A stretch of 64,000 nucleotides of DNA from an uncultured bacterium (GTDB lineage: Bacteria > Chloroflexota > UBA5177 > JANWHV01): the NCBI GenBank assembly GCA_963729625.1, contig CAVSOU010000007.1:1-64000 (forward strand), read 5' to 3'. Positions within the stretch are counted from its first letter, which is position 1; every line of letters starts with the position of its first letter. Both the position numbers and the translations under genes were made by a program. Below the pieces are notes generated by a model, which was given only the letters and a program-made list of their open reading frames with translations, had not been told where the DNA came from and did no database searches. This document shows, piece by piece, positions 10,131-22,221 of the stretch.

Positions 10131-11021
10131 ATGTCCGCCGTGACGCCACAGGATCTCTACAATTGGTGCAGCATTCCGGTTGAGCAGTTAATGCAGCACA
10201 ATGACCGGCGTGTTCCGTTTCGCCTTGTGCAGGATTCGGCTGAGATGGGTCGCGTCATGGCCCAGGACTTCGTCGACCTTATCGCGCGCAACGTTGCCCA
10301 GGGAGCGCCAACCACGGCAATCGTGCCGTGCGGGCCAAATGCGTGGTACGAGCCATTCACAGACATGGTGAATGCGCGTGGGCTGTCGCTGCAGGATCTC
10401 CATGTGTTCCATATGGACGAATGCCTGGATTGGCAAGGGCAGGAGCTTCCCAAACGGCACCCGCAGAACTTTCGTTCTTTCATGGAAGTGCACTTCTACG
10501 GCGGGATCCGGCCGGATCTCACCGTTCCGGAGGCACAACGCCACTGGTTGCTGCCTTCCACGGCCGACAGCGTGCGCGCCGCCATCGCGGCGGCTCACGT
10601 CGACATCACTCTGGGCGGTTGGGGCCAGGATGGTCACTTCGCCTACAATCAGGCGAGAAGGCATCCGTACAGTCAGGTGACGCTCGAGCAGGTCGCTGCT
10701 AGCACGGTGCGCATCCAGGAGAATAATCTCGATACGGTTCTGGCTCTTGCACATCGCAATTTCGGTGCTGCGTATCAGTTCGTGCCGCCGATGTCGATAA
10801 CCCTGGGCATGCGTGAATGCCTTTCGGCCCGGCAGATTCGCATCTTTAGCGATACCGGCGCATGGAAGCAGACCGCGCTGCGCGTGGCCTTGTTCTCTGC
10901 TCCGACGCCCGAGTATCCGATGACTCTCCTGCAGCGCCATCCTGACGCGCTGATCACCGCCACGCTCGAAACGGCGCGGCATCCGATCAGTGAGCATCCG
11001 GAATGGCAACTGTTCCCGTGA
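10131..11021 (+). CDS. Glucosamine-6-phosphate deaminase/isomerase (NagB)-like protein
   Basis: HVFHMDE, GGWGQDGHFAYN, SITLGMRE, PMTLLQRHPDA. Confidence 0.8.
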   Translation: MSAVTPQDLYNWCSIPVEQLMQHNDRRVPFRLVQDSAEMGRVMAQDFVDLIARNVAQGAPTTAIVPCGPNAWYEPFTDMVNARGLSLQDLHVFHMDECLDWQGQELPKRHPQNFRSFMEVHFYGGIRPDLTVPEAQRHWLLPSTADSVRAAIAAAHVDITLGGWGQDGHFAYNQARRHPYSQVTLEQVAASTVRIQENNLDTVLALAHRNFGAAYQFVPPMSITLGMRECLSARQIRIFSDTGAWKQTALRVALFSAPTPEYPMTLLQRHPDALITATLETARHPISEHPEWQLFP

Positions 11022-12184
11022 ACGCCCTGAATGTCGGGCCAGACGCGCGAACACTGCCGCTTAACCAGTCCTCGCCCTATCGACGAGCCATTGGCGTGGG
11101 GGGGATTGGCACGGGGCTGTTCTTCGCTCTCGACGGTGACCACACGCTGGGACGGAACGAAAGCCGTTCGGCACGACTGCTCGACGTCCGCGACTACTGC
11201 AAGCTGCACATCGTCATGCACTATCTCGCCGTCCTGCTCGGGGCACAGCCGGGTGGCGCACCGTTTCATGCGCTACCGATTGGAAAAGTAGGTGATGATG
11301 AGCCTGGGCGCCGTCTCATTGCTGAAATGTCGGCTGTCGGCATCGATACGCGGTGGGTGGCTAGACTCGGCGAGCGACCGACGCTGACGAGCGCCTGCCT
11401 GCAGTATCCGGACGGGACCGGTGGCAACATCACCGCGCGCGATTCCGCAGCCGACAGCCTGACCGGCACCGACGTTGAACGCTGCGAGCCTATCCTTGCC
11501 CGCGATGGAGCTCGGTCGATCATCCTGGCACTGCCGGAAGTACCGCTGGCGGCCCGCGACCACTTGCTGACACTCGCGACCAAGCATGGTGCGCTGCGCG
11601 TTGCCGCCTTCACGTCCTCGGAGATCGGGCCTGCCGGCGACCTGGGGTTGTTCTCGCGGATCGACTTGATCGCAATGAATGAAGATGAGGCCGCGGTTCT
11701 TGCCGGCGAATACTTTGATAGTCTCAGACCAGCCCGATTTCTCAACTCATGCGCGACCGCGCTGCGCATGCATCAGCCTCGCATTCGTGTAGTGGTCAGC
11801 GTGGGTAAGCACGGCGCGTACGCTGGCGAAGGTGGCGACTGGACATACTGTCCGGCTCCTGCGGTTCGAGCCGCAGGAACCGCAGGGGCGGGGGACGCGT
11901 TGTTAGCCGGTATTGTCTCGGCATTGGCGACCGGCATGCCCTTTCTCGCGCCGAACGAGCCTGGCCGCCAATGGGACATCGCATCAGCAGTTGAGCTCGG
12001 CGTGATGCTGGCTGCCTATTCGGTTACCTCCCCCCACACCATCCACCCACGGGCAAATCTACCGTCTCTCCTGGCGTTTGCGCGCAGCCTGGAGATCGGC
12101 ACACCCAATTTCATGTCGCGGCGCATGATCGAGGCGGTGGGTGGCGCGCCGGCTTCAGCTGATTTGCAGGAACCGCGTCCGTAA
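11003..12184 (+). CDS. PfkB-family carbohydrate kinase
   Basis: GKVGDDEPG, NEDE, GTAGAGDA anion-hole motif. Confidence 0.85.
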   Translation: MATVPVNALNVGPDARTLPLNQSSPYRRAIGVGGIGTGLFFALDGDHTLGRNESRSARLLDVRDYCKLHIVMHYLAVLLGAQPGGAPFHALPIGKVGDDEPGRRLIAEMSAVGIDTRWVARLGERPTLTSACLQYPDGTGGNITARDSAADSLTGTDVERCEPILARDGARSIILALPEVPLAARDHLLTLATKHGALRVAAFTSSEIGPAGDLGLFSRIDLIAMNEDEAAVLAGEYFDSLRPARFLNSCATALRMHQPRIRVVVSVGKHGAYAGEGGDWTYCPAPAVRAAGTAGAGDALLAGIVSALATGMPFLAPNEPGRQWDIASAVELGVMLAAYSVTSPHTIHPRANLPSLLAFARSLEIGTPNFMSRRMIEAVGGAPASADLQEPRP

Positions 12185-12193
12185 AGGTCGCTC

Positions 12194-13405
12194 ATGGATT
12201 ATGTCGGAGAGGAGCGCGCAAGCGCTCAGCAGCAAATGACGTACAGAAAGAAGATCGGCGTCCGCGAGATCGCCAGGCTTGCTCATGTGTCTCCGGGGAC
12301 TGTGGACCGCGCTCTTCACGGCCGCAGAGGCATCACGGAAGATACGCGCGCGCGGATCCTTGCCATCGCGCAAAGCGTGGGATACAGTCCGGATCTGGCC
12401 GCTCGTGCGCTGTCGATTGGCCGGGCACCGGTACAGATCGGCATTTGTATCCCTCGCGAGATTCATCAGTACTTTGACCATTTACTCCAGGGGATGCTGC
12501 TTGAGGCAGGGCGCTTCGAACGCCTGGGCGTGCAGGTCATTCATCACCCCACGGAGCGGTTTCGTGCCGACGAGGTGCTCAAGGTCAAGGAATTGCTGTC
12601 AGCCCAGCCCGATGCGCTGATCATTGCACCGGGAAGTCCGGAGGCGCTTGCGCCCGTGATCGATGAGGCGGAGAGCAAGGGCATTCGCGTCATCTGTGTC
12701 GACACCGACGCGCCGTCCAGCAAGCGGTCGACCTTGGTAGCGGTCGATGCAGGTCTCTGCGGCCGGCTGGCCGCGGAGCTTATGGCCGGCTTGCCCGATC
12801 GGAACGCCGAGGTGGTGGTTATTACCGGCATGATGGATGTAGAGAATCACGCGCGAAGCGCTGGCAGCTTCGCCGCATCCTACGCCGAGTTCCAGCCCGG
12901 CAGCCCGGCAGTTGAGACCATTGAGGCGTTCGACGACGAGGACGAGTCGTTCCGGAAATGTTATGCGCTGCTGAACGAGCACCCTGCGATCGCCGGCATC
13001 TACGTGAATACGGCTAACAGCTTGCCGGTCTGTCGTGCCATAAGTGTGTGCGGACGTTCAGGATCAGTGCGCCTGATCGCGAGCGACATGTTTCAGGACC
13101 TGATTCCGTATTTCGACAAGGGCACGGTATTCGCTTCCATACATGGTCGCCCGTTTGCAGTGGGTGAGACTGCCATGCGCCTCGTAGTGGATCACCTTCT
13201 GAACGGCGCGCCGCTGCCTCCGACGTACCGCCTCATGCCGCACATCGTGCTGCGGTCGAATTGCCGTCACTTTCGCGAAGCTCGCCAACGCAAGGTGGAA
13301 TTCCCGTCTCTGGAGCGCTCAATTGTTGCAAATAGCGACAATGGTCTTCGCCGCGCACTGTCGAATGCTGTCTATCGACGCCTCAGCGATCAGGATGAGT
13401 ACTGA
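12194..13405 (+). CDS. LacI-family transcriptional regulator
   Basis: HTH IREIARLAHVSPGTVDRAL-like sequence, hinge YSPDLAARAL, periplasmic-binding-fold C-terminal domain. Confidence 0.92.
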   Translation: MDYVGEERASAQQQMTYRKKIGVREIARLAHVSPGTVDRALHGRRGITEDTRARILAIAQSVGYSPDLAARALSIGRAPVQIGICIPREIHQYFDHLLQGMLLEAGRFERLGVQVIHHPTERFRADEVLKVKELLSAQPDALIIAPGSPEALAPVIDEAESKGIRVICVDTDAPSSKRSTLVAVDAGLCGRLAAELMAGLPDRNAEVVVITGMMDVENHARSAGSFAASYAEFQPGSPAVETIEAFDDEDESFRKCYALLNEHPAIAGIYVNTANSLPVCRAISVCGRSGSVRLIASDMFQDLIPYFDKGTVFASIHGRPFAVGETAMRLVVDHLLNGAPLPPTYRLMPHIVLRSNCRHFREARQRKVEFPSLERSIVANSDNGLRRALSNAVYRRLSDQDEY

Positions 13406-13508
13406 ATGCGGTGACTGGGCTTCGCGGCACATCGCGCCGATGCAGGGCGCTGGCTGGAGGCACAGATTGCCCATTGCGCCACGCCCGGTTGCTCAGATCG
13501 AGTGCCGG

Positions 13509-13820
13509 CTACGCCGAACGACTATCATGTTCGACCACCGGTGCTTCGAATGCCCCGGCGAGCCACGCAAAGAGCTCGTCGTTGCAGCTTTCGGGTAGCT
13601 CGAACACCCCTGTCTTGAGGTCGCCGCGCAGGCCCGAGGCCGCGGGAAAGGCCCGATAGAGAGCGAGCTGACACGCTCGCCAGCTGGCAGCGTCAGCGGC
13701 GAAGAACTCGACCTGCACCCAGCCGCAGCCCATTCGATATGGGTAGCGCGCAGCGTGGCCCAATCCGCGACGATGCACCTCCGCCCTCGCTATATGCGCG
13801 GCAAACGGTTGGGTTTCCAT
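13509..13820 (-). CDS. Small hypothetical protein
   Basis: Protein-like composition (WVQVEFFAAD..ELFAWLAGAF); no family recognised. Confidence 0.3.
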   Translation of the reverse strand: METQPFAAHIARAEVHRRGLGHAARYPYRMGCGWVQVEFFAADAASWRACQLALYRAFPAASGLRGDLKTGVFELPESCNDELFAWLAGAFEAPVVEHDSRSA

Positions 13821-14441
13821 GGTCGACGATAGTGCGGTCAGCAGGTATGGTCGCACCGTTGGACTCCTTTCACTTGACCGGATGGAGCGCGGTCACCAGT
13901 GGATACGGGCTCGAACTGTCCTCGGCAGCGGCCAGGGATCATTACTCGCTTAGCATGCGCTTCGATGCGCTCACTATACACGCGCCAGGCACCTGTGACT
14001 ATCCCCTAGGTGGCGGGCTCGTCAGGCGTTCACTCTCGCCTGGCGCCTTCACGGGCGACCCTGCCGGTGCGGAGCCTGCGGAACGACATCGGCGGGCTTT
14101 TCCCGTCACGCCCACGCTCCCACGTGCCGGGCTCGAATCGCGGCTCGATCGAGCCCCGTGCAATACACGGTCGATCGGCACTTGACGATGCACGCGGTTG
14201 AATCCACTGGACAGTCGGCGCTCCAGGCCCTAGCATGGACGTACTGGTAGGCGGTCCGTGCGGCTTCGCGCCAATTCAGACCGCATGTTCGATGACTGGT
14301 CGGAACACGTTATGCGATTGCTCCTCCCCGCGCGATGTCGGGCCCAATGAGCGTCGGTGCAACTGTGGCCGTGCAAGATTGGGTCCAGGCACCAGGACAT
14401 CCGCCTAGGGTGGGCTTGAGCGACCGGTCAAGCTAAGCCAC

Positions 14442-15872
14442 ATGCGGTTTCAGGATCTTTTTGCGGCCGTGCATCGGTCGCTCGACGCATCCCTGCAGTT
14501 GGGGCAACGTGGTTCGCGGCTACGAGCCATCGTAGCGTCGATCCTTGTCGTGATCGTGGTGGCAATCATTGCGGTTGTCTTCATGCTCAGCGGCGGGCAC
14601 AGGGCCGCCAATCCACTTCCCACGCGGACCCCGCTGTCAAGCCCAGCGCGGACTGCAATTTCGAGCCCAACGCGGACGCTGACGACGGAGACTGTCACTC
14701 TTCCGACGCCCAGCATCACCCGCGCTGCGACAGTGGTCAGCACGAGGATACCGACGGGCACACGGCTTCCCGTGTCGACGAAGCCCGCCCGGTTGACGCC
14801 AGTACGGCAAGTCACTCCCACCCCCGCCCGTTACGGCCCGCACCGGACTCCTACGCTCATTCCGCGCCGGCCGACGCCCACTCAAACATCCACGCCGAGC
14901 CCCACAGCCACAATGCACCCGTCATTCGTCCCCGGTCCATTGAATGGGGAAAAGACGGCGTGGGCAATCGCTCATCGCCGGCCGATGGCGATCATGGTGG
15001 AAAACTACAGCCCGGACTCTCGGCCGCAGACTGGATTGAGCTCAGCCAGTTTGGTGTTCGAGACGGTGGCGGAGAGTGGAATCACGCGTTTCATGCCCGT
15101 TTATCTCGAAGATATTCCCAAGGAAGTTGGCCCTGTTCGCAGTGCCAGAGTATACTTCAACGCCTGGGCAAACGGTCTGCACGCCATTCTCGTGCACGCC
15201 GGGGGGAACGACGACGCCCTCGCACAGCTGTTCACACTGCACAACATTGTGGACGTCAATGAAGTGGCATGGGAGGACGCCAACTACAATCCCACGGTGC
15301 CCTTCTTTGCCCGATCGCCGGACAGAGTGATTCCTCACAACATGTACACGTTCCCATATAGGGTCCTCCAGTATGAGCGGGGCAAGCATGTCCAGCTCAC
15401 GGGCAACTTTCCGGATGTGCTGCCTCACCACACGCCGAACAACCCCATGCACAATCCGCCCTCCGGCGTGCTGAGTATCAACTTCTCCTGGCCGGAGTAT
15501 GCGGTCCAGTACCAGTACGACCACCATACTGATCGCTATCCCCGCTACATGGGTGGAGCCCCGCACATCGAAGCAAGCTCTGGACACCAGCTTGCCCCGA
15601 GCAACGTCGTGGTCCTTCTGGCATCAATCAAACCCGATCCGTACGGGGGCGTCTCGAATCCCGGCGCGGTATATGTGCAATCCACCGGGAAGAACATTGC
15701 CTATCTGTTCCGCGACGGCAGGGAGTTCAAGGGCACGTGGCACAAACCGCATGGCAGCAGCCACCTCCTCCTGCTCGACGACCACAACCGGCCGTTCTCC
15801 TTCAACCCGGGCCAGACATGGATAGAGGTTCTCCCGGCGACCGGCACCATGAGCTGGACACCGGGGAAGTAG
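14442..15872 (+). CDS. DUF3048 (YerB-like) membrane-anchored protein with a Pro/Thr-rich linker
   Basis: TM anchor, PT-rich stalk, RPMAIMVEN..RPQTGL..GITRF..GPVRSAR, GQTWIEV. Confidence 0.88.
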   Translation: MRFQDLFAAVHRSLDASLQLGQRGSRLRAIVASILVVIVVAIIAVVFMLSGGHRAANPLPTRTPLSSPARTAISSPTRTLTTETVTLPTPSITRAATVVSTRIPTGTRLPVSTKPARLTPVRQVTPTPARYGPHRTPTLIPRRPTPTQTSTPSPTATMHPSFVPGPLNGEKTAWAIAHRRPMAIMVENYSPDSRPQTGLSSASLVFETVAESGITRFMPVYLEDIPKEVGPVRSARVYFNAWANGLHAILVHAGGNDDALAQLFTLHNIVDVNEVAWEDANYNPTVPFFARSPDRVIPHNMYTFPYRVLQYERGKHVQLTGNFPDVLPHHTPNNPMHNPPSGVLSINFSWPEYAVQYQYDHHTDRYPRYMGGAPHIEASSGHQLAPSNVVVLLASIKPDPYGGVSNPGAVYVQSTGKNIAYLFRDGREFKGTWHKPHGSSHLLLLDDHNRPFSFNPGQTWIEVLPATGTMSWTPGK

Positions 15873-16089
15873 CGGTCAGCAAACGTCGTGATTCGGATGG
15901 AAACAGCCGCGCGTCATTCTCCACGCGACGGACGATCCCTTGCGGCAGTGCTTGCCTGAGCCGACCCGGCCCACCTTCACATGCATGCGCTCGCGTTCCG
16001 CGCCGTCTCCATGGCGCCGTGCTCTGGGAACCTTCCAGACACTAGAATGGACGTACGAGCCAGCATTCGGTTAGTGAAGGACTTACATC

Positions 16090-16470
16090 ATGGCGATTAG
16101 CAAAGTGCAGCTCTTCTCCGTCCCGGTGGCCGACCAAACGCGCGCGAGAGACTTCTACGTCGACGTTCTCGGATTCGATCTCGTCGCGGATACGCCGATG
16201 GGACCGGATCAGCGCTGGGTGCAGGTCGCGCCCCACGGCGGCGCCACCTCAATTACGCTGGTTACGTGGTTCACGACGATGCCGCCAGGGTCCATGCAGG
16301 GCATCGTGCTGGAGACCGATAGCCTGGCCGCCGACGTAGAGCGATTCTCCGGGCGAGGCGTGAAGTTCGACGGCGCCATCCAGGAACAACCGTGGGGCCG
16401 CTTCGTGACATTCAGCGATCCAGACGGTAATGGCTATGTCCTTCAAGCTTCTAGCAGTGCCAGAGGCTAA
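16090..16470 (+). CDS. VOC/glyoxalase family protein
   Basis: VPVADQTRARDFYVDVLGF..PWGRFVTFSDPDGN; RBS GAAGGA. Confidence 0.92.
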   Translation: MAISKVQLFSVPVADQTRARDFYVDVLGFDLVADTPMGPDQRWVQVAPHGGATSITLVTWFTTMPPGSMQGIVLETDSLAADVERFSGRGVKFDGAIQEQPWGRFVTFSDPDGNGYVLQASSSARG

Positions 16471-16489
16471 GCGTTAGGCGGCAGTACGG

Positions 16490-17968
<1,479 letters not shown>

Positions 17969-17999
17969 TCAAGCGACTGTCGGTCAAAGGCGAGGCAGC

Positions 18000-18057
18000 T
18001 TGACGGCGAATGCCTGCTCCGCTAGACTCGGCTCGAATCTGCTCGTACAACGCTGTA
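18000..18057 (+). promoter_or_regulatory. Promoter with a LacI-type auto-operator
   Basis: TTGACG-17-TAGACT (18000-18028) followed by the near-palindrome TACAACGCTGTA (18046-18057). Confidence 0.65.
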
Positions 18058-18073
18058 TACTCAGAGCGAAAGG

Positions 18074-19171
18074 GTGGGTGCGTTGGCAAGAGGAACCGGG
18101 CGACCCGCCACAATTCGTGACGTCGCCGCGCGCGCAGGGGTCTCATTCAAGAGCGTTTCCAACGTTGTTAACGATAGGCCGTACGTGTCCGCTGCGCTCA
18201 AAGCCAAGGTGCAGATGGCCATTGACGAACTGGCCTATCGTCCGCACTCAATCGCTCGGAGCCTCGCAAGCAGCCGCAGCAATATTGTAGGTGTCGTGCT
18301 CCGCGCGGCGCCCGTCGACGCGCGCGCCGACCCGTTCTTCTCCCAGTTCCTGCTTGGCGTGTGTGCCACCGCAGGTCCGCAGGGATTTGGCGTGCTCGTA
18401 CAAATCCTTGACAGCGAAGAGCCCGTCTTGCGCTACGCAGATCTGTTCGATCACAGGCAGGTTGACGGCCTTATCATGCATTCTCCCCGAGTGGACGACG
18501 ATCTTGGCGGCGAACCTACCGATAATGATCTGCCGACTGTGCGGGTCGGTCGCGCCCCGCCAGGCACGGATGCGCTGGCGGTCGATGGAGATGACGAACA
18601 GGGTGCGTTCTCAGCCGTGCAGCACCTCATCCGGCTTGGGCACAGGCGCATCGGTATGATCGCCAACGCGAGTCCCGCGTTTACGGTTTCCGTCACGCGA
18701 ACGCAAGGATACAGGCAAGCCCTGGCGGCGAATGGGTTGCCGTTCGACGCAAACCTTCTGATATCCGGGCACTTCACCATGCAAAGCGGGCGCGAGGCCA
18801 TGGCAAGGCTGCTTGATCTGCGCGACCGCCCAACGGCCTGCTTTGTCAGCAGCGATCGCATGGCACTTGGTGCGATGCAGGAGGCACAGCAGCGTGGCCT
18901 CAACATTCCAAATGACGTGGCGATCGTCGGCTACGACGACCTCTTTGTGGCCGGACATACGTGCCCACGTCTGACCTCGGTGAGGGCTCCAATCGACGCA
19001 ATCAGTACGCTCGCGGCACAGATGCTTGTCGACACGATCCGGGGCGCTAAGGTCGAGCCGCGACAGGTCATTCTGCCAACGGAATTGGTCATCCGCGAGT
19101 CCTGTGGCGGCTTGCAGCGCGAATCGGCTCACACCGCGCTGACGCCGAGCGGAACTGCGGAGCGTCGCTGA
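18074..19171 (+). CDS. LacI-family transcriptional regulator
   Basis: TIRDVAARAGVSFKSVSNVVN, HLIRLGHRRI, IVGYDD, LVIRESC. Confidence 0.95.
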   Translation: MGALARGTGRPATIRDVAARAGVSFKSVSNVVNDRPYVSAALKAKVQMAIDELAYRPHSIARSLASSRSNIVGVVLRAAPVDARADPFFSQFLLGVCATAGPQGFGVLVQILDSEEPVLRYADLFDHRQVDGLIMHSPRVDDDLGGEPTDNDLPTVRVGRAPPGTDALAVDGDDEQGAFSAVQHLIRLGHRRIGMIANASPAFTVSVTRTQGYRQALAANGLPFDANLLISGHFTMQSGREAMARLLDLRDRPTACFVSSDRMALGAMQEAQQRGLNIPNDVAIVGYDDLFVAGHTCPRLTSVRAPIDAISTLAAQMLVDTIRGAKVEPRQVILPTELVIRESCGGLQRESAHTALTPSGTAERR

Positions 19172-19391
19172 TTCTCGCCTTCGGTTGCCATAGAAGTGAC
19201 CATGTCACTGTCGGACTCGTACACGGTCTCGGTAGAGTGACCTGGAATCTCCTCCCACGCATGCATCCGCGACGGGGTTCTGAGGAACGCGAATAGCACA
19301 TCTGTGTCTAGCGCGAACGCGACCATCTGGCGTAGGATTGGAACACAACTGGGCGCGAGACCTTCATGACCGCACAGAGGCAGATGACCTG

Positions 19392-21494
19392 ATGATCGAT
19401 GACTCCACACAGCCATCGCCGGCAGAAGTTCGCCCAACCCACAGTGCCCCAGACCTCGAGCGCCAGGTGTCCCTGCCCGAAGAGGACGACAGCGAAGTTG
19501 GCGACGACGAGCCAGCGCCGGCAGCACGTCCAGGGGCACGGAATGCCACTGGCCGGCCAGCTCAGTATGGCGAGACCTCCGGCGACCAGGTGAGGCGCGC
19601 TCGCAGGCGGGCAGACTTTGGGCGTTGCATGGCAAAGATACTCGATCAGCTTCCACCTGGCACGCTGCTGACGGAAAAAGGAGCAACATTCTTTGCCGAG
19701 ATAGCCGCGGATGCCTGCGGAGCGCCTTCAGCCGGCGTGTTTCGGCTCGTCCACGGGTCCGGCGAAGTCCACCGCATCGACTCGGGCCAGATTCGACTGC
19801 TTTCACCGGTTAGTGCGCCGCTTCTCGAGAGAGCGCGGAAGCGGTCGGACGTGTTTAGCACGACGAGGCTGCTGGTCGCGCGAATATGGCCATGGGATCC
19901 TGACGATGTGGCGCGAAGCGCCTTCTTCGTCGTGGTGTCGGCGCCCGCAGACTCGCCGGATATGACAGGCTTCAATTTCACGCAGGTGGATCGACGCCGG
20001 ATCACGACGCTGACAACCCTGATCGGCCTGCGGGAAGCCGCGAACGAGCAGAAGCGGGCCGAACAACTCCTGCGCAAGGGCACCCGTGTCATGGCCGCCA
20101 CATCGCGCGTCGAGAAACGCCTTGCCGACCTCGCGGCCATGATGTCGGAAGCCGCTGGGGCGGAGCACATGGCCATTTGGCTCGCCTCACAAGGTAACAA
20201 CAACATCTTCCGCCTGCGCGCCATCGCGGGAGGACCGGCACTCGCCGATCGGAAGGATGATCTCTCGGCGAGCCCAGCAATGCAGCGCGATATGCTGCGA
20301 CTTGCGCAGGCGCGACCAGTGGCCGTGGCGACCTCGGCGGTAGACTGGCTGCCACGTATTTTCGACGTGGCCCCCGAGCAACTCGGCGATTCTGCTTTGG
20401 TCATACCTGTTCGTCGAGCCGGCGACCTCATCGGCGTCGCTACTGGAATCCCATCTGCAGAGAATGCGGACGGATTGGCGGATATTGGGCGCGAAACGAT
20501 CGTCAGCCTGCTTGAGGCGCTGGCTGATCAAGTCGCTCTCGCGACCGAGTTTGCTCGGTCTGCGCGTGACGCGCAACTGAACGCCCGCCGCTTCGCGCTG
20601 CTTGCGTCGATTGCCGAGATTGCACTGGCAAAGATGGGAGCCGCTGAAATGGTCGATGCGATCCTTGCGCGCGTGCGCGAGCACTTTGATGCGCACAAGG
20701 CGAGCCTGTTTTTGCTGCACGGAGACCGCGGTTCGCTCGGCACCCGATCCGTGCAGCGGCAGGACCAGACGGCTTCACGTCTGCATACGGCACGGATCGC
20801 TGTTGCGTGGGAAGATCAGCTTATTGGCAGTCTGGTCCTCAGGCGCGCGGACCAGCCGTTTGAAGACGGCGAAGAGGAAACGCTTGTTCAGGTGGCGGAC
20901 CAAATTGCGCTGGCACTCAGCGCGTCGGGACGCTTTGAATTCCAGGCGGCGATGGCCATTCTCGATATGCTGACGGACCTTCCCAATCGCAGGTCGGCTG
21001 AGACGACGCTGGACAGCGAGCTTGGACGTACCGCGTGCGACGCCGATTCCTCCTTGATCGTCTGTTTGCTTGACATTGACCTCTTCAAGGCGATCAACGA
21101 CCAGTATGGTCACGAGTGCGGCGACGTGGTGCTCAAGCAGATCGCCGCCATGTTCAGGGCGCAGCTGCGAGGCACGGACTATTTGGCGCGGTGGGGCGGG
21201 GAGGAGTTTCTTCTGCTGTTCAGGACCAACGATCTTGCTCGCGCGCGACAGGTGGCCGAGCGCGTCCGGAGGGCGGCGGGCATGATCAGTCCCAAGACGC
21301 CTCAAGGCAAGAAGATCGTCGTGTCGATGTCACTAGGGGGTGCCGTATGCCCTTTGAACGGTACAACCCGCGACCAGGTTATTGCTGCCGCCGACACGGC
21401 GCTGTATTACGCGAAAGCAGCCGGACGCGACCAATCCGCATGGGCGCCGATCGAGGGAGCCTCGATCGAGGTAGCCCATCTCGAGCTCGGGTAG
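19392..21494 (+). CDS. GAF-domain diguanylate cyclase
   Basis: DMLTDLPNRR, DIDLFKAINDQYGHECGD, RGTD I-site 5 residues before GGEEF, ADTALYYAK; GAF-like segments upstream. Confidence 0.93.
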   Translation: MIDDSTQPSPAEVRPTHSAPDLERQVSLPEEDDSEVGDDEPAPAARPGARNATGRPAQYGETSGDQVRRARRRADFGRCMAKILDQLPPGTLLTEKGATFFAEIAADACGAPSAGVFRLVHGSGEVHRIDSGQIRLLSPVSAPLLERARKRSDVFSTTRLLVARIWPWDPDDVARSAFFVVVSAPADSPDMTGFNFTQVDRRRITTLTTLIGLREAANEQKRAEQLLRKGTRVMAATSRVEKRLADLAAMMSEAAGAEHMAIWLASQGNNNIFRLRAIAGGPALADRKDDLSASPAMQRDMLRLAQARPVAVATSAVDWLPRIFDVAPEQLGDSALVIPVRRAGDLIGVATGIPSAENADGLADIGRETIVSLLEALADQVALATEFARSARDAQLNARRFALLASIAEIALAKMGAAEMVDAILARVREHFDAHKASLFLLHGDRGSLGTRSVQRQDQTASRLHTARIAVAWEDQLIGSLVLRRADQPFEDGEEETLVQVADQIALALSASGRFEFQAAMAILDMLTDLPNRRSAETTLDSELGRTACDADSSLIVCLLDIDLFKAINDQYGHECGDVVLKQIAAMFRAQLRGTDYLARWGGEEFLLLFRTNDLARARQVAERVRRAAGMISPKTPQGKKIVVSMSLGGAVCPLNGTTRDQVIAAADTALYYAKAAGRDQSAWAPIEGASIEVAHLELG

Positions 21495-21501
21495 CCACAA
21501 G

Positions 21502-22050
21502 CTAATCGACGTCAAGCAGCTCCAGCTCAATTCGATGTGGCTCGCGCGCCAGTACCTTGAAGGACCGCTCGTACGCCGCGGAAAGACTGCGGAGCAATCC
21601 CCCTGCGCTACGGCATTGCACACTCACCTGGAGCTTGCCCTGGTGCAATTGGCGGACCCGAATGTTCCCGGCCTCGGGGATGCTGGCCAGTGCTCGTTGG
21701 AAGCCACCAACCTCGCGAAATGATTTGAATGTGGACACAACCAGATCGACAAAGGCATTGTCTGCCGTCGCGCCCGAAACCGCCGATTGCCGCACGGCGC
21801 TCGCTTCGCCGTAGGCGCCGGCTTCGACGAAGTTTGCCAGATCCCTGATTCGCGCAGCCGGGTGCCACGAGGCAAATGCAGTGATGTTCGTTGCAGCACG
21901 GTCGCCGACAGTCTCCACAGCGCTCAGCCCTCCTGGAAGAGCGCGGTCAGGTGCTGCCGCCAGAGCGCCCGATCTCTGCCCCACGGGAAATGAAGGCTGT
22001 CCTCGTTCCTTATCCACTCCGCTTGTCAGGTCATTCATTTCGTACCTCAA
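21502..22050 (-). CDS. Hypothetical protein
   Basis: C-terminal alternating alpha/beta domain (VDLVVSTFKSFREVGGFQRAL..IRVRQL); same strand as the GT cluster. Confidence 0.65.
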   Translation of the reverse strand: MRYEMNDLTSGVDKERGQPSFPVGQRSGALAAAPDRALPGGLSAVETVGDRAATNITAFASWHPAARIRDLANFVEAGAYGEASAVRQSAVSGATADNAFVDLVVSTFKSFREVGGFQRALASIPEAGNIRVRQLHQGKLQVSVQCRSAGGLLRSLSAAYERSFKVLAREPHRIELELLDVD

Positions 22051-22221
22051 AACTGGTCATGCCGTGTGTTGGCTAGGTCGGAACGAGCGCCCCTCCATCT
22101 ACGGTAGCTGGTGGACGCCGCCGACTAGAACATCCAAACGGATAGAGATAGCCGCTCAGGCCATGTCCGACTAGGATATGCCTTACCGGCGGCCGATCTG
22201 GCCCGGATCCTGTTCGCGGCT

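Noticed and set aside
14620-14920. Repetitive Pro/Thr codons in the DUF3048 gene
   Set aside because: An ordinary low-complexity linker, not a DNA repeat element.
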